Assembly: GCA_964436855.1 (NCBI GenBank)
Contig: CAYTED010000002.1
Span: 77,925 to 141,924 of the forward strand
Length of the DNA stretch: 64,000 nt
Direction of reading: 5' to 3'
DNA from: an uncultured Bdellovibrionales bacterium
Lineage (GTDB): Bacteria > Patescibacteriota > Minisyncoccia > Moranbacterales > UBA1568
The notes under the pieces are model-generated. The model had not been told where the DNA came from. It ran no database searches and was given only the letters and a program-made list of their open reading frames with translations. This document shows, one piece after another, positions 1 through 9,215 of this stretch; the stretch's first letter is position 1, and the number at the start of each line of letters is the position of its first letter. The position numbers and the translations under genes were made by a program.

Positions 1-134
1 GGATTATCATATCCAAATATTCTCCGACGTATCGCATTCGGAAATCCAAAAAAAATACCCTTCCAGTAATAATAAAATTGCCGTATATCCATAAAAATAG
101 GAAATCAAATGCCCCTCTTTCAGTGTAAAGAGTT

Positions 135-177
135 TCTCAAAAAAGAAAAGACGGGCACCCAAGTAGGTATGCCCGTC
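135..177 (-). terminator. Rho-independent terminator downstream of the secreted-protein gene
   Basis: Hairpin gacgggca/tgcccgtc (150..177). Read on the minus strand it is followed by a T-run (ttttcttttttgag). Confidence 0.5.
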
Positions 178-196
178 GCTTGCAGAAAAGAACAGA

Positions 197-1204
197 TCAG
201 CGGCGAATCATCTTCACCGCCCCCTCCATGATTGCCCTGAATTCTTCTGGGTCCATATCAGGACGACTGGAGGGAGATGTTGGTGTAGCGACGGCGGCAA
301 CGGCAGGTGGTGATGAAACCACTGTGCCTCCGAGCGTTTGACTGCTCGGAGTAGCATCTGCTTCACGCGCTTCTCTCCTCTCGACACGAATCGCTTCGCC
401 GGTGTAGAAACCGGCTCCGAAATTCTTCGTCGTCCCGCCTTGTCCGAAGGCAATCTTCGGTCCGACGTAAAATACCACGCCCTCCGAAAGATTGAAACGA
501 AGCTGCGCACCAACCGTCGGCGCCCAAGCTGTTTCCCCAAACCACTGCACTCCGACTTTGAAACGAAGCGATGCCTCGTCCGCAATCGGACACTCGTGGA
601 CAAAGTTCGCCTCGAAATACGATCGATCAAGTGCTTGTGCACCCTTTCGATCGGTCGAGACTTGCTTCGCGATCGGAACCATCAGACTTCCCTGGAAGCC
701 ATAGAGGCAGATGATCCCGTTCTTTTCTCCGACGCCAACTCGGGTGTACTTCCGAAGATCTTCGGCGTAGGCCCCGAGAAGGATCGTCTTCTGGTCAAAG
801 AAGGTTTTCCCGTTTCCGGAATCGATCTTCTCGACCGCGAGACGCCCGAGGACGGTCCGACTTCCCTTCTCGCCCCCTGCGGTCTTGTAACTCTCTTCGA
901 TACCAACTTGGCCACCGATGATGCTCAATCGACCCCAGGAAGGTTTGCTCATGTGGGAATCCCACCGACTCGTGCTAGCAAAACCACCCACACCAACGCC
1001 GTCTTCGAACCGGATCACTTGAGCGTTGATGCCCATGCTATCCGATGTTGGGGAACGACCAAGAGTAATCCCGGCGCCCCCCTCGATTCGCGTTTGAGCA
1101 GCCTTCGTTTTGTGGGCGAAGGGGCGAACTTCCTCCTCGCTCGCAAATGCAAACTGCATAGCGAACGAGAGAAGTGCGGCAATGAAATATTTCATCATTT
1201 GCAT
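197..1204 (-). CDS. Secreted beta-strand-rich hypothetical protein with C-terminal Pro/Thr/Ala/Ser-rich tail
   Basis: N-terminal signal peptide (KYFIAALLSFAMQFAFA). Long runs of alternating hydrophobic/polar residues are typical of beta-barrel or beta-sandwich proteins. The C-terminal PAVAAVATPTSPSSRP linker is followed by a charged tail. No recognisable catalytic motif. Confidence 0.5.
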   Translation of the reverse strand: MQMMKYFIAALLSFAMQFAFASEEEVRPFAHKTKAAQTRIEGGAGITLGRSPTSDSMGINAQVIRFEDGVGVGGFASTSRWDSHMSKPSWGRLSIIGGQVGIEESYKTAGGEKGSRTVLGRLAVEKIDSGNGKTFFDQKTILLGAYAEDLRKYTRVGVGEKNGIICLYGFQGSLMVPIAKQVSTDRKGAQALDRSYFEANFVHECPIADEASLRFKVGVQWFGETAWAPTVGAQLRFNLSEGVVFYVGPKIAFGQGGTTKNFGAGFYTGEAIRVERREAREADATPSSQTLGGTVVSSPPAVAAVATPTSPSSRPDMDPEEFRAIMEGAVKMIRR

Positions 1205-2097
1205 TCCTTTCGATTCATTGCCTGATCCCGAAGCTTGTAAAAGTATTCGAGATGCGAGGCGAGTTCTTCGCGTACCGCCACGGAATGCCCATCCAGGCCC
1301 CGAGACGGCTCCTGTGTTGCCATGATCGCCTCAAGTCCGTAACTCACAGCCATGGCAGTCGGAGTACTGATCACCCCATCCGTAATGTGTTCGATCTTTT
1401 CTCCGAACGTATACGTCGGGTTTTCACCCGCAATCGATCGGATCAAAGCCGTCTTTTCCGGAGCTGCCGCGATTCCAAGACGATCAAAGATCATTCGGTT
1501 CGAAAACTCCGCGAAGAGCGCCGAAGCTGAACGAACTTCTCTCGAATCGAAATCAACCGGCGAACCATTCTTGCGAATGAATTCTTGCCGGTACTGAACG
1601 TTCGAATTAAATCGCTCTCCGTCGAATCCCGAAATAGCCGTCGTCTTTCCTTCTTCCGAAAGAAGCCTGAAGGCCTTGTCGTTCGCCGTCGAAACGGCAA
1701 TTGCCTTGATTCCGGCAAGCGTCGTCGTCCCCCCAATTACGAGAAGTCCCGTCGGCTGACACCGAAGGAATTCTTGAAACAGGAGTTGTGCCTCATACTC
1801 CCGACCATCGCTCCCTACTGCATACGCAAGATAGTCCTCACGATTGGGATGATAATCCGGAAGTAGTTCATCGGCTCCCATCGGCATTTCAACATACACG
1901 CCGACGAAGTTTTTTGTCCGATAAAACTTGACCCATTTTTCATCCGCGAGCACTCCGAAGAATGTCACGGGACGGATGGAACGAAGAACCGTCTCATTCC
2001 CTCCGTTGAAATTCTGGATTTCATACACCTGGGATGTTGTCGCACACCCCGCGAGCAGTGCTGCGAACAGTACAGCAAGAAACGGGATGCGGAACAT
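1195..2097 (-). CDS. Hypothetical lipoprotein
   Basis: Signal peptide ending in lipobox LLAGC. Overlaps the downstream gene by 10 nt, suggesting an operon. No family motif recognised. Confidence 0.55.
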   Translation of the reverse strand: MFRIPFLAVLFAALLAGCATTSQVYEIQNFNGGNETVLRSIRPVTFFGVLADEKWVKFYRTKNFVGVYVEMPMGADELLPDYHPNREDYLAYAVGSDGREYEAQLLFQEFLRCQPTGLLVIGGTTTLAGIKAIAVSTANDKAFRLLSEEGKTTAISGFDGERFNSNVQYRQEFIRKNGSPVDFDSREVRSASALFAEFSNRMIFDRLGIAAAPEKTALIRSIAGENPTYTFGEKIEHITDGVISTPTAMAVSYGLEAIMATQEPSRGLDGHSVAVREELASHLEYFYKLRDQAMNRKECK

Positions 2098-2265
2098 GGC
2101 AAACCTCCATGAAAGAATTCGAAAAAATGTTAATTTGCTTTCGGATCGGAAGAAAAATCTCCTTTCGATCCTCGGAATTTTCCTTCCTGAAGAGGAAGAA
2201 AAATATCTGAAGATCCAAGATCCCGGGTCAATCCGCCAGCTGGCGGACGGGATGACATTCTTTCA

Positions 2266-2889
2266 TTACCGGTACGCTTCCGGATACGGCGCAGCCGAGC
2301 GATAGAGAATCACAAATGCCGCTGCGAACATTCCAAGGAATAGTCCACCAAGACCAGCTGCTATTAATTCTGAAAACGACGGGTTCCGTTCAACGATCGG
2401 TCCGGAGAGCACTTTCATTTCAACACTCGAGTTCTCACCGAGAAAATTTTCAGTGTTCGTGGAAAGAATTTCCGATACTGCCTTGGCAACCCGTTGCGAC
2501 TCGCGACTCGACTCGCCGAAAATACGAATTTTCAAAAATCCGAAATCCGATCCACGTGAAACAGAAACCATTTCATTCCACTGTTTGAGACGTTCTTTCT
2601 TGTCGACCGGAAACTCTTTTCGATCAAGCAGATTTTTTTCAAAAGTCATTTCAAGAAATTGTTCACTCACTACCACTTCAGAAAGCGCCTTGCCGACATA
2701 TTCCGCCGAACGCGATACCGTGTAGTAATCCTTATCCGTCGCGTTTTTGAGCGTGATTAAAAAATTCATATCCGCGCGATACGCCGGCTGTGTGAACAAA
2801 AGAAAAAAGGCCGCAACAAGAGAAGTGATCAGTCCCACAAGGATGATCGACCACGCTTTTTGCTTCAATTGAGCCATGATTGGTGTCAT
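2266..2889 (-). CDS. Wzz/CapA-like polysaccharide chain-length determinant family protein (small PCP-like)
   Basis: About 210 aa with one N-terminal TM, a hydrophilic external domain and a C-terminal TM ending in a GxxxG-rich helix. This architecture matches polysaccharide co-polymerase N-terminal domains. Assigned by architecture only. Confidence 0.4.
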   Translation of the reverse strand: MTPIMAQLKQKAWSIILVGLITSLVAAFFLLFTQPAYRADMNFLITLKNATDKDYYTVSRSAEYVGKALSEVVVSEQFLEMTFEKNLLDRKEFPVDKKERLKQWNEMVSVSRGSDFGFLKIRIFGESSRESQRVAKAVSEILSTNTENFLGENSSVEMKVLSGPIVERNPSFSELIAAGLGGLFLGMFAAAFVILYRSAAPYPEAYR

Positions 2890-2947
2890 ATATTCACAAA
2901 TAATTTTGACCCATCATAATAGCAGAAAAAATGATTTTTGTCAATCC

Positions 2948-2980
2948 TGAAAAGCAAAATCCCGCTCAAAGGAACGGGAC
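2948..2980 (-). terminator. Rho-independent terminator after rseP
   Basis: Hairpin tcccg/cggga (2961..2979). A T-run follows on the minus strand (complement of aaaagcaaaa, 2951..2960). Confidence 0.5.
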
Positions 2981-3015
2981 TTATGAGACCGACTAAAAGA
3001 TATAATTACCTGTAT

Positions 3016-4167
3016 TTAGAGTCGTGAAATATCCTTAATAGTAATGAGAATAATCAACGCGAGGAGGAGGAAGAAGCCGATCTGATGAAGCATCATTTCG
3101 AGGCGCTGATTTACCGGTTTCCCCTTGATCTTTTCAAGAATCACGAAGAAAATTCGCCCCCCGTCGAGTGCCGGAAACGGGAGAATATTGATAATGCCGA
3201 GATTGATCGAAAGAATAGCCATAAACTGAAGGAGATAGACAATACCAAGATCACTCATTTGCTTTGTCCACGAAACAAGACCGACCGGACCGGTTACATC
3301 GAGCGCCACCTTTTCACCGCCAAAGAGCATCGCGATCATTCGACCAAAGGCCTCAAGAATCTGCACCGTCATCCGATAGACCGTTTCGAGTCCGCGGAAA
3401 ATCGCCTCGTACCATGGATAACTCACGATCGCCGTCTCTACAAATCCGATCCCGAGCGAACCTTCGTTTTCGGGATATTCCGTCCGCGGCGCACCCTTCA
3501 GGTCAAGCGCTTTCCCAAAGCGATTCACTTCAAACGTGATTTCTTTTCCTTTGTTATCGAGAATGATTTTTCGCGCATTCTCGAGTGATGTCGGCTTTAT
3601 CCCGGCAATTTTCACGAGTTCGTCCCCCGGCTGAAGCCCCATTTGCTCGGCGGGCGATCCTTTTGCGGTATTTGTAATTTGAATTTTTGTGTCCGGATAT
3701 TTCACTCGATCCGTATCCGAATCAATCGCTTGCGGGAATCCTACCATAAGAACAATCGAGATCAGCACCCATGCGAGGATGAAATTCATAAACACGCCGG
3801 CACCCATAACCTTTACCCGCACCCACGCTGATTTTCCGACAAAACTATCCGCATCTACGGTTTGCCCTTCATGTAGGTGCCCATCCTCCCCTTTAATCCG
3901 CACAAAACCGCCAAACGGCAACCAATTGAGCGAAAATATCGTATTTTTACTTTGCACTTCTTTATTCCCCCGTACAAAAACATACTTCCCGGTATTTTCA
4001 TCTCGATGTATTCCGAAAATTCGCGGCGGAAAACCGAACCCGAATTCCTCGGCCTTAATGCCATTCCGAATCGCGACAATATAATGCCCGAATTCATGCA
4101 CCAAAATAAGCACGCCGAGAACGATGATGAAGAGAATGATGGTGAAAAACATAACTAAAAATTTCAA
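3016..4167 (-). CDS. rseP: RIP zinc metalloprotease RseP (site-2 protease, M50 family)
   Basis: HEFGH zinc motif in TM1, a central PDZ-like segment and a C-terminal LDGG motif. Multi-pass membrane protein. Confidence 0.9.
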   Translation of the reverse strand: MKFLVMFFTIILFIIVLGVLILVHEFGHYIVAIRNGIKAEEFGFGFPPRIFGIHRDENTGKYVFVRGNKEVQSKNTIFSLNWLPFGGFVRIKGEDGHLHEGQTVDADSFVGKSAWVRVKVMGAGVFMNFILAWVLISIVLMVGFPQAIDSDTDRVKYPDTKIQITNTAKGSPAEQMGLQPGDELVKIAGIKPTSLENARKIILDNKGKEITFEVNRFGKALDLKGAPRTEYPENEGSLGIGFVETAIVSYPWYEAIFRGLETVYRMTVQILEAFGRMIAMLFGGEKVALDVTGPVGLVSWTKQMSDLGIVYLLQFMAILSINLGIINILPFPALDGGRIFFVILEKIKGKPVNQRLEMMLHQIGFFLLLALIILITIKDISRL

Positions 4168-4221
4168 ATTTTAAATTCTAAATTTCAAAATAAATATGAA
4201 TAAATATACAAATAAAAAAAC
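4168..4221. repeat. AT-rich intergenic repeat with two copies of AAATTTCAAA
   Basis: The motif aaatttcaaa occurs twice. The same motif in opposite orientation lies at 4573..4635 and both orientations occur at 44616..44685. Confidence 0.3.
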
Positions 4222-4572
4222 TCAAGTACCCGTCCGGCTCTTTGATTCGATTTTTCCAAAAATAAGCAATAATTCGTGTGCTTCACTCCAAAGTTTTCGT
4301 GCTTTTTCAGCTTCCTGATTTTCTATTTTTGCAATCATTCTCAACCAATATTTCGATTCATTCGCTTCTTTTTTACAAAAAGTGATTTTGTTACGGAAAT
4401 CCTTTTTTGAACTTGCTTGATTCGCCTCCATATAATTTGCACCAATACTTGTTGCCGAACGAATAAGTTGCAAAGTAAGTGGGTCGAGAAGCTTATTTTT
4501 CGGAAGACTCTTCAAGAAAACTATTATCTCCTCAGAAAACCGACAACATCTTTCCTCAAGATCGTATTTCAT
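4222..4572 (-). CDS. Four-helix-bundle protein (23S rRNA intervening-sequence protein family)
   Basis: About 115 aa with the characteristic SIGANYxEA motif and predicted four-helix fold. This family is typical of rRNA IVS and CPR intergenic cassettes. Confidence 0.85.
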   Translation of the reverse strand: MKYDLEERCCRFSEEIIVFLKSLPKNKLLDPLTLQLIRSATSIGANYMEANQASSKKDFRNKITFCKKEANESKYWLRMIAKIENQEAEKARKLWSEAHELLLIFGKIESKSRTGT

Positions 4573-4635
4573 TTTAATTTTTCAATTCTTTAGTTCTTAT
4601 TTTGAAATTTGAAATTTATATTTTGAAATTTACGG
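4573..4635. repeat. AT-rich intergenic repeat with three copies of TTTTGAAATTT
   Basis: ttttgaaatttgaaattt...ttttgaaattt. This is the inverted counterpart of the repeat at 4168..4221. Confidence 0.3.
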
Positions 4636-5193
4636 TTACACCGTTAATATTTCCTTTTCCTTCTTCTCCCGCAACGACTCGATTTTTCCATTGTATTCGT
4701 CCACAATTTTTTGCAGATCATCTTTGCCGCGAAACTTGTCATCTTCGCCGATCGCGCCATCCTTTTCCAGATCCTGAATATCTTTCCAGATTTCTTCGCG
4801 GATAGTGCGAATAGAGATACGCGCGTCTTCCGCCCGTTGATTGAGCGCTTTTACCAATTCTTTCCGACGATCTTCGGTAAGTGCGGGCAAGGTGATTCGA
4901 ACCGTCGCGCCGTCATTTGTCGGATTCAGGCCAAGATCGCTTTCCCGAATCGCCGTCTCCACGTATACGAGCGCGCCGCGATCCCACGGCTGAATAAGAA
5001 TTTGTCGCGCTTCGGGAATGGTGATGGTCGCCATTTGCTTGAGTGGTGTTTTCGTCCCGTAGTAATCCACAAGGAGCCCTTCTACAAGCGCCGGATTCGC
5101 CCGTCCCGTCCGAAGCTTCGCCGCCTCTTCCTCAAAATGCGACACCGCCGCGGTAAAGTCATTCTTTTTCTCCTCAATCAATTCTTTCACCAT
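4636..5193 (-). CDS. frr: Ribosome recycling factor
   Basis: 185 aa, globally similar to RRF (LRTGRANPALVEGLLVDYYG, NDGATVRITLPALTEDRR). Confidence 0.92.
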   Translation of the reverse strand: MVKELIEEKKNDFTAAVSHFEEEAAKLRTGRANPALVEGLLVDYYGTKTPLKQMATITIPEARQILIQPWDRGALVYVETAIRESDLGLNPTNDGATVRITLPALTEDRRKELVKALNQRAEDARISIRTIREEIWKDIQDLEKDGAIGEDDKFRGKDDLQKIVDEYNGKIESLREKKEKEILTV

Positions 5194-5216
5194 AGTCTTT
5201 CGTTCGTGTTTACTGT

Positions 5217-6326
5217 TTAAAATTTCCGAAGGCCGAGATAGAGTGTTTCCGGATTATTCCAGTCATACGCGACCACACTCACCCCTTTCGGCAATCGAAG
5301 TCTGACTGGTTTCCACGCATTTCCACCATCGGTCGAACGATAAAACGTATCGCCGGCGACAAAGGAAATTTCTTCGGAATTTTTCGGATTCACCGCAATC
5401 GCTCGGATCTGATATTTTCGCGCACTCTCGATAATATTCACTTCGGTCCAAGTTTTCCCGTAATCGCTTGACCGGAACATTCCGTTTCCCGTGCCGGAAA
5501 AATACACTTCCGGACGAGACGGATCGTTCGCAAGCGTAAGCACACCCTTCGACTGACCACCCTGATTCGGCGCATCACTCGGTTGCCGTTTGGAAGATTG
5601 GAATTTATCCGAGAGAATTTCGGTCCATTTCGCTCCGTCATCTTCGGTAAAAATCACACCGGAACTAAACACCGATGCGATCACCCGCGCCGTATTTGAC
5701 GGATGCGGATAGATTTCCGTAATCGGCCCTTTCGCCACCGCGAAATTTTGCCACGTTTTTCCATTGTCGAAACTTCGAAGAAGCACTCCTCCGGTTGTTC
5801 CCGCGAAGATAAGATCCGGATTGGCACGACTCTGCGCGATCGCGGCGATAAGCGTATCCTTTCCCGGTTCGGTATACACTTCTTTCCAGTTTTTTCCGCC
5901 ATCTTCCGTTTCGTAAATTTTTCCGACTTTCTCCCAGATGCCGCTTGCAAGTATCCGGTCGGAATTACGGAAATCAACAATAAACCCAAAGACTCGCTTC
6001 GGCGGAAAGTTTATCGGTTCCCAATGCTCACCGCCGTCACGCGTTCGCAAAATACCATCCGACTCCGTCCCGACATACACAATCGAAGAATCATTCGGAT
6101 CAAATGCGACCGTCAAAATATCGGCCGAGGTAATCGCTCGCTTGTCGTCGATCTTTACTTTCGGCACAAAGGTTTCACCGGAATCAAATGACTTGAGAAT
6201 ACTCCCTCCCGCCGGAGCAGCCGCCCCTCCCTCGGTTTTCGTATTTGTTCCAAATGACCCCCCTCCACATCCGGAAAGCGCGATAGTTCCCCCAAGAACC
6301 AACAATCCCAAAAAAAATTGCTTCAT
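5217..6326 (-). CDS. BNR/Asp-box repeat lipoprotein (Ycf48/sialidase-like beta-propeller)
   Basis: Lipobox LSGC. At least seven SxDxGxTW Asp-box repeats (SFDSGETF, TRDGGEHW, TEDGGKNW, SFDNGKTW, TEDDGAKW, SSDYGKTW, STDGGNAW). Confidence 0.7.
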   Translation of the reverse strand: MKQFFLGLLVLGGTIALSGCGGGSFGTNTKTEGGAAAPAGGSILKSFDSGETFVPKVKIDDKRAITSADILTVAFDPNDSSIVYVGTESDGILRTRDGGEHWEPINFPPKRVFGFIVDFRNSDRILASGIWEKVGKIYETEDGGKNWKEVYTEPGKDTLIAAIAQSRANPDLIFAGTTGGVLLRSFDNGKTWQNFAVAKGPITEIYPHPSNTARVIASVFSSGVIFTEDDGAKWTEILSDKFQSSKRQPSDAPNQGGQSKGVLTLANDPSRPEVYFSGTGNGMFRSSDYGKTWTEVNIIESARKYQIRAIAVNPKNSEEISFVAGDTFYRSTDGGNAWKPVRLRLPKGVSVVAYDWNNPETLYLGLRKF

Positions 6327-6399
6327 AGAAAAACTTTCTTTTGAGAACAGTATACCAAAAAAATAAAAAAACGGCGAAATGCCGTGTTTTTTCGATGAT

Positions 6400-6475
6400 T
6401 GGTGGGTGCGGGGGGAATCGAACCCTCGACCGTTGGCTTAAAAGGCCACTGCTCTACCGACTGAGCTACGCACCC
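6400..6475 (-). tRNA. tRNA-Lys (anticodon UUU), CCA encoded
   Basis: Reverse complement folds as a cloverleaf. Acceptor stem GGGTGCG/CGCACCC, anticodon loop CTTTTAA, T-loop TTCGATT, 3' CCA. A hairpin plus T-run follows at 6366..6393. Confidence 0.85.
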
Positions 6476-6612
6476 TTGATGGAATAAAAAATAATGAATC
6501 AAAAAATTATCAAAAAAACAAACACACGAAAAAGGATAGCTTTAAAAAAGAGAAAAGTCAATAAAGCATTTGTTTTTACTCTTTGAAATTCCTGATTCTT
6601 GATTCCAGATTC

Positions 6613-7938
6613 TTAATTCTTCCTTGTAATACTCTCCTTCCCAACGAATGGACGCAGGACTTCCGGGATTACGACCGAACCATCTTCTTGTTGATATGTC
6701 TCAAGAATTGAGATAAAGACACGCGGGCTTGGAAGTGCCGTGTTATTGATCATATGGACATACTTGCGTTCACCTGTTTTCAGATCTTTGTATTTCACAT
6801 TAAGGCGCCGCGATTGCCAATCAAGAAAATTTGAAGCAGACCCAGTCTCTCCCCAGCGCTTGAGTCCAGGCATCCATGCCTCGAGATCGAACTGACGATA
6901 CTTCCCTGCGCCCATATCTCCCGTGCAAATTGCAAGCTTGCGATAGGTAAGCCCAAGCTCCCGATGCATTTCTTCAGAAATCGCCACCATTTCTTCTTGC
7001 ATCTTGTTTGATTTTTCCGCATCCGCCTCACAAAGCACTACCTGCTCTACCTTGAAAAATTCGTGTACGCGATACATTCCCTTCGTATCCTTTCCGTACG
7101 ATCCGATTTCACTTCGATAGCATGGACTAAACCCGGAAAGACGCATTGGAAGCATCGATTCATCAAGCACTTCACCAGAATGATACGCAAGGAGTGATGG
7201 CTCCGCGGTTCCAACAAGAAATTTTGATTCTTTATTCACATTCCCATCAGCTTCCTTCTCCGGTGTCGCTACCTGATAAATTTCATCTGCTTCCGCATTA
7301 TATTCAAGACCTTTGAAGTATCCTGATCCATACAATGGAAAAGATTTCACGAGTGTTGGAGGAACCATTGGAAGAAAACCCTTGGCGACCATTTTCTGCA
7401 TGGCGTACATCATGAGTCCCATAACCAAAAGCGTCCCTTCATTTTTGAGGTAATACCCTCGATATCCGGAAACCTTCACACCGCGTTCAAGATCGAGAAT
7501 ATCGAGCGCTTTGCCAAGTTCAATATGATTTTTCGGTTCGAAAGAAAATTCCTTTGGTTCCCCCGAGCGAAATATCTCGACATTTTCATCTTCACTCTTT
7601 CCGATCGGCGTATCTGAAGACGTCGTATTAGGAATCTGTGCCATCAATATCTCAAATACCTGTTCAATATCTCGGAGCCTTGGCTCTGCTTCGTCGAGCT
7701 TCACCTTGATTTCTTTTCCCTTCTCGATGATTTCCTTGCGCTCATCATCGCTTGCAGCTTTTTTGATGAGATCATTCACATCATTTTTGAGTGAACGAAG
7801 CTCTTCGACCTCTTGAAGAAGTTTCACCCGTTCAGTATCTTTCGCAAGAAGATCATCAAGATTCAAAGAAAGATTCTTATTTGTAATGGCGGCACGAATA
7901 TCGGCTTCGTGTTCGCGAATGTATTTGATGTCGAGCAT
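6613..7938 (-). CDS. serS: Seryl-tRNA synthetase
   Basis: N-terminal coiled-coil arm and class II core motifs (FxxEQ, GxGxGxxR-like, TALP). 441 aa. Confidence 0.95.
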   Translation of the reverse strand: MLDIKYIREHEADIRAAITNKNLSLNLDDLLAKDTERVKLLQEVEELRSLKNDVNDLIKKAASDDERKEIIEKGKEIKVKLDEAEPRLRDIEQVFEILMAQIPNTTSSDTPIGKSEDENVEIFRSGEPKEFSFEPKNHIELGKALDILDLERGVKVSGYRGYYLKNEGTLLVMGLMMYAMQKMVAKGFLPMVPPTLVKSFPLYGSGYFKGLEYNAEADEIYQVATPEKEADGNVNKESKFLVGTAEPSLLAYHSGEVLDESMLPMRLSGFSPCYRSEIGSYGKDTKGMYRVHEFFKVEQVVLCEADAEKSNKMQEEMVAISEEMHRELGLTYRKLAICTGDMGAGKYRQFDLEAWMPGLKRWGETGSASNFLDWQSRRLNVKYKDLKTGERKYVHMINNTALPSPRVFISILETYQQEDGSVVIPEVLRPFVGKESITRKN

Positions 7939-8070
7939 ACGGAAATAGAATAGAGAATATGGAATTTACCTACCTGCCGGCAGGCAGGGAATAGGGAGCA
8001 GAAAGAGAGAAAAAAGAAAACTGATACCATCCTAATGTATACGGTTTTTGGCCAAAAAACAAGCCAACTC

Positions 8071-8580
8071 TTACCCCTTCTGCTCAACTTTCTTCTTTTG
8101 GCTCTCGGCGATCCAGCCGATCATATTGGAAAAAATTTGCAAGAGACTTGCCATTGCGGAAAAAGCGAGGATTACAAAAAGCACCCTCCATTCCGGAAGC
8201 GCAAAATACCCCCACACCACCATAAATCCGGCCCACATTCCGAAACACCACGGACAATGAAGAAGTTTCGATCCGGTTCGCTTCAAACCATTTGCGGATG
8301 GAATGTATTCGTATTCTTTCACGCCGTTTTTTTCCGTTATCGAAAGATCGAGAAACCATTCGCGCAGGAACAGCGTGATATTGTCGTATACAAATAAACG
8401 GATGATCCGAAAAGTCGAGACTACTACGAGAAAAATATCGAGCGAAGAAATATTATCAAACGTAACTCCTTTTTCTCGCAAAGATTCCGCAGCGGCAAAA
8501 ACCAATGCGAGGAAAAAAATCGTCGCGGCGATATTCCAGCGCTTCACCTTTTCAAGAATTCTCCACTCCGCTTCATTCAT
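8071..8580 (-). CDS. DUF1360-family membrane protein
   Basis: CPWCFGMW motif and TM topology typical of DUF1360. Confidence 0.5.
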   Translation of the reverse strand: MNEAEWRILEKVKRWNIAATIFFLALVFAAAESLREKGVTFDNISSLDIFLVVVSTFRIIRLFVYDNITLFLREWFLDLSITEKNGVKEYEYIPSANGLKRTGSKLLHCPWCFGMWAGFMVVWGYFALPEWRVLFVILAFSAMASLLQIFSNMIGWIAESQKKKVEQKG

Positions 8581-8589
8581 ATTCTTCTC

Positions 8590-8877
8590 TTACAAGTGTT
8601 CGTTTGCAATGTCGTTTTTGTTTCGCCGGTAAGCGACCGTAAAACCAAAGGTGAGCCATGCGCCGAACGCCGAAAAAAGATATTCCCAGAAAATCACCCA
8701 ATTCCCCTTGGCAACTCCGTAGAGAAGCCACAGTGTCATCACCACTCCAAGGATTCCATACGTCCAGAGCGACACATCTTCCGCTGAACGTGTCCAAAAC
8801 ACCCGCCACGCCTGCAGGAGAAAGGCAAGCGCCATCACCCACCCCAATCCGACTGAAACCGTTTCAAGTGGCGACAT
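8590..8877 (-). CDS. Small 3-TM membrane protein, SemiSWEET/PQ-loop-like
   Basis: 95 aa with three TMs. The segment LLQAWRVFWTRSAEDVSLWTY...WLLYG resembles the PQ-loop/SemiSWEET motif, with the PQ replaced by LQ. Confidence 0.4.
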   Translation of the reverse strand: MSPLETVSVGLGWVMALAFLLQAWRVFWTRSAEDVSLWTYGILGVVMTLWLLYGVAKGNWVIFWEYLFSAFGAWLTFGFTVAYRRNKNDIANEHL

Positions 8878-8932
8878 ATTGACATATTGTCAAGCGAATT
8901 TCACCCACCAATCACCTTTCTCTCTCCTCTTT

Positions 8933-9009
8933 TGGTGGTCGCACCTGGACTCGAACCAGGGACCTTTCGAATGTGAATCGAACGTTCTAACCAACTGAAC
9001 TATGCGACC
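8933..9009 (-). tRNA. tRNA-Val (anticodon CAC), CCA encoded
   Basis: Reverse complement GGTCGCATAGTTCAGTTGGTTAGAACGTTCGATTCACATTCGAA... Anticodon loop TTCACAT, T-loop TTCGAGT, 3' CCA. Confidence 0.85.
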
Positions 9010-9215
9010 TTTGTTGTTAATTTGTGCCATAACCCCTTGACCGCCTCTGGCGGAAACTGCTTGCCTCATAAACGCCCACGTTCTACGAGGGAGCTTATTA
9101 TCTGATCACATAAATCCTCCCTCAAAACCACCTTTTTGTCCAGAGTCAGACCCTATTATTGGGGGTTGAGAAATAAATTTCTGGATGTAACTTTCTTTCG
9201 ATATTACAAGAGCAT

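Noticed and set aside
4168-4635. Possibility that the TTTGAAATTT repeats are a CRISPR array
   Set aside because: The repeats are short, AT-only, irregularly spaced and in inverted rather than direct orientation. No cas genes are nearby.
8035-8397. Several 60-120-aa plus-strand ORFs across 8035..8400
   Set aside because: They are antisense to the DUF1360 membrane protein gene. Short shadow ORFs without motifs.
9010-9215. 206-bp ORF-free gap between lysS and tRNA-Val with 7-bp and 5-bp hairpins
   Set aside because: The hairpins lack T-runs and no conserved ncRNA motif (SRP, tmRNA, 6S) was recognised. Probably promoter/spacer for the tRNA.
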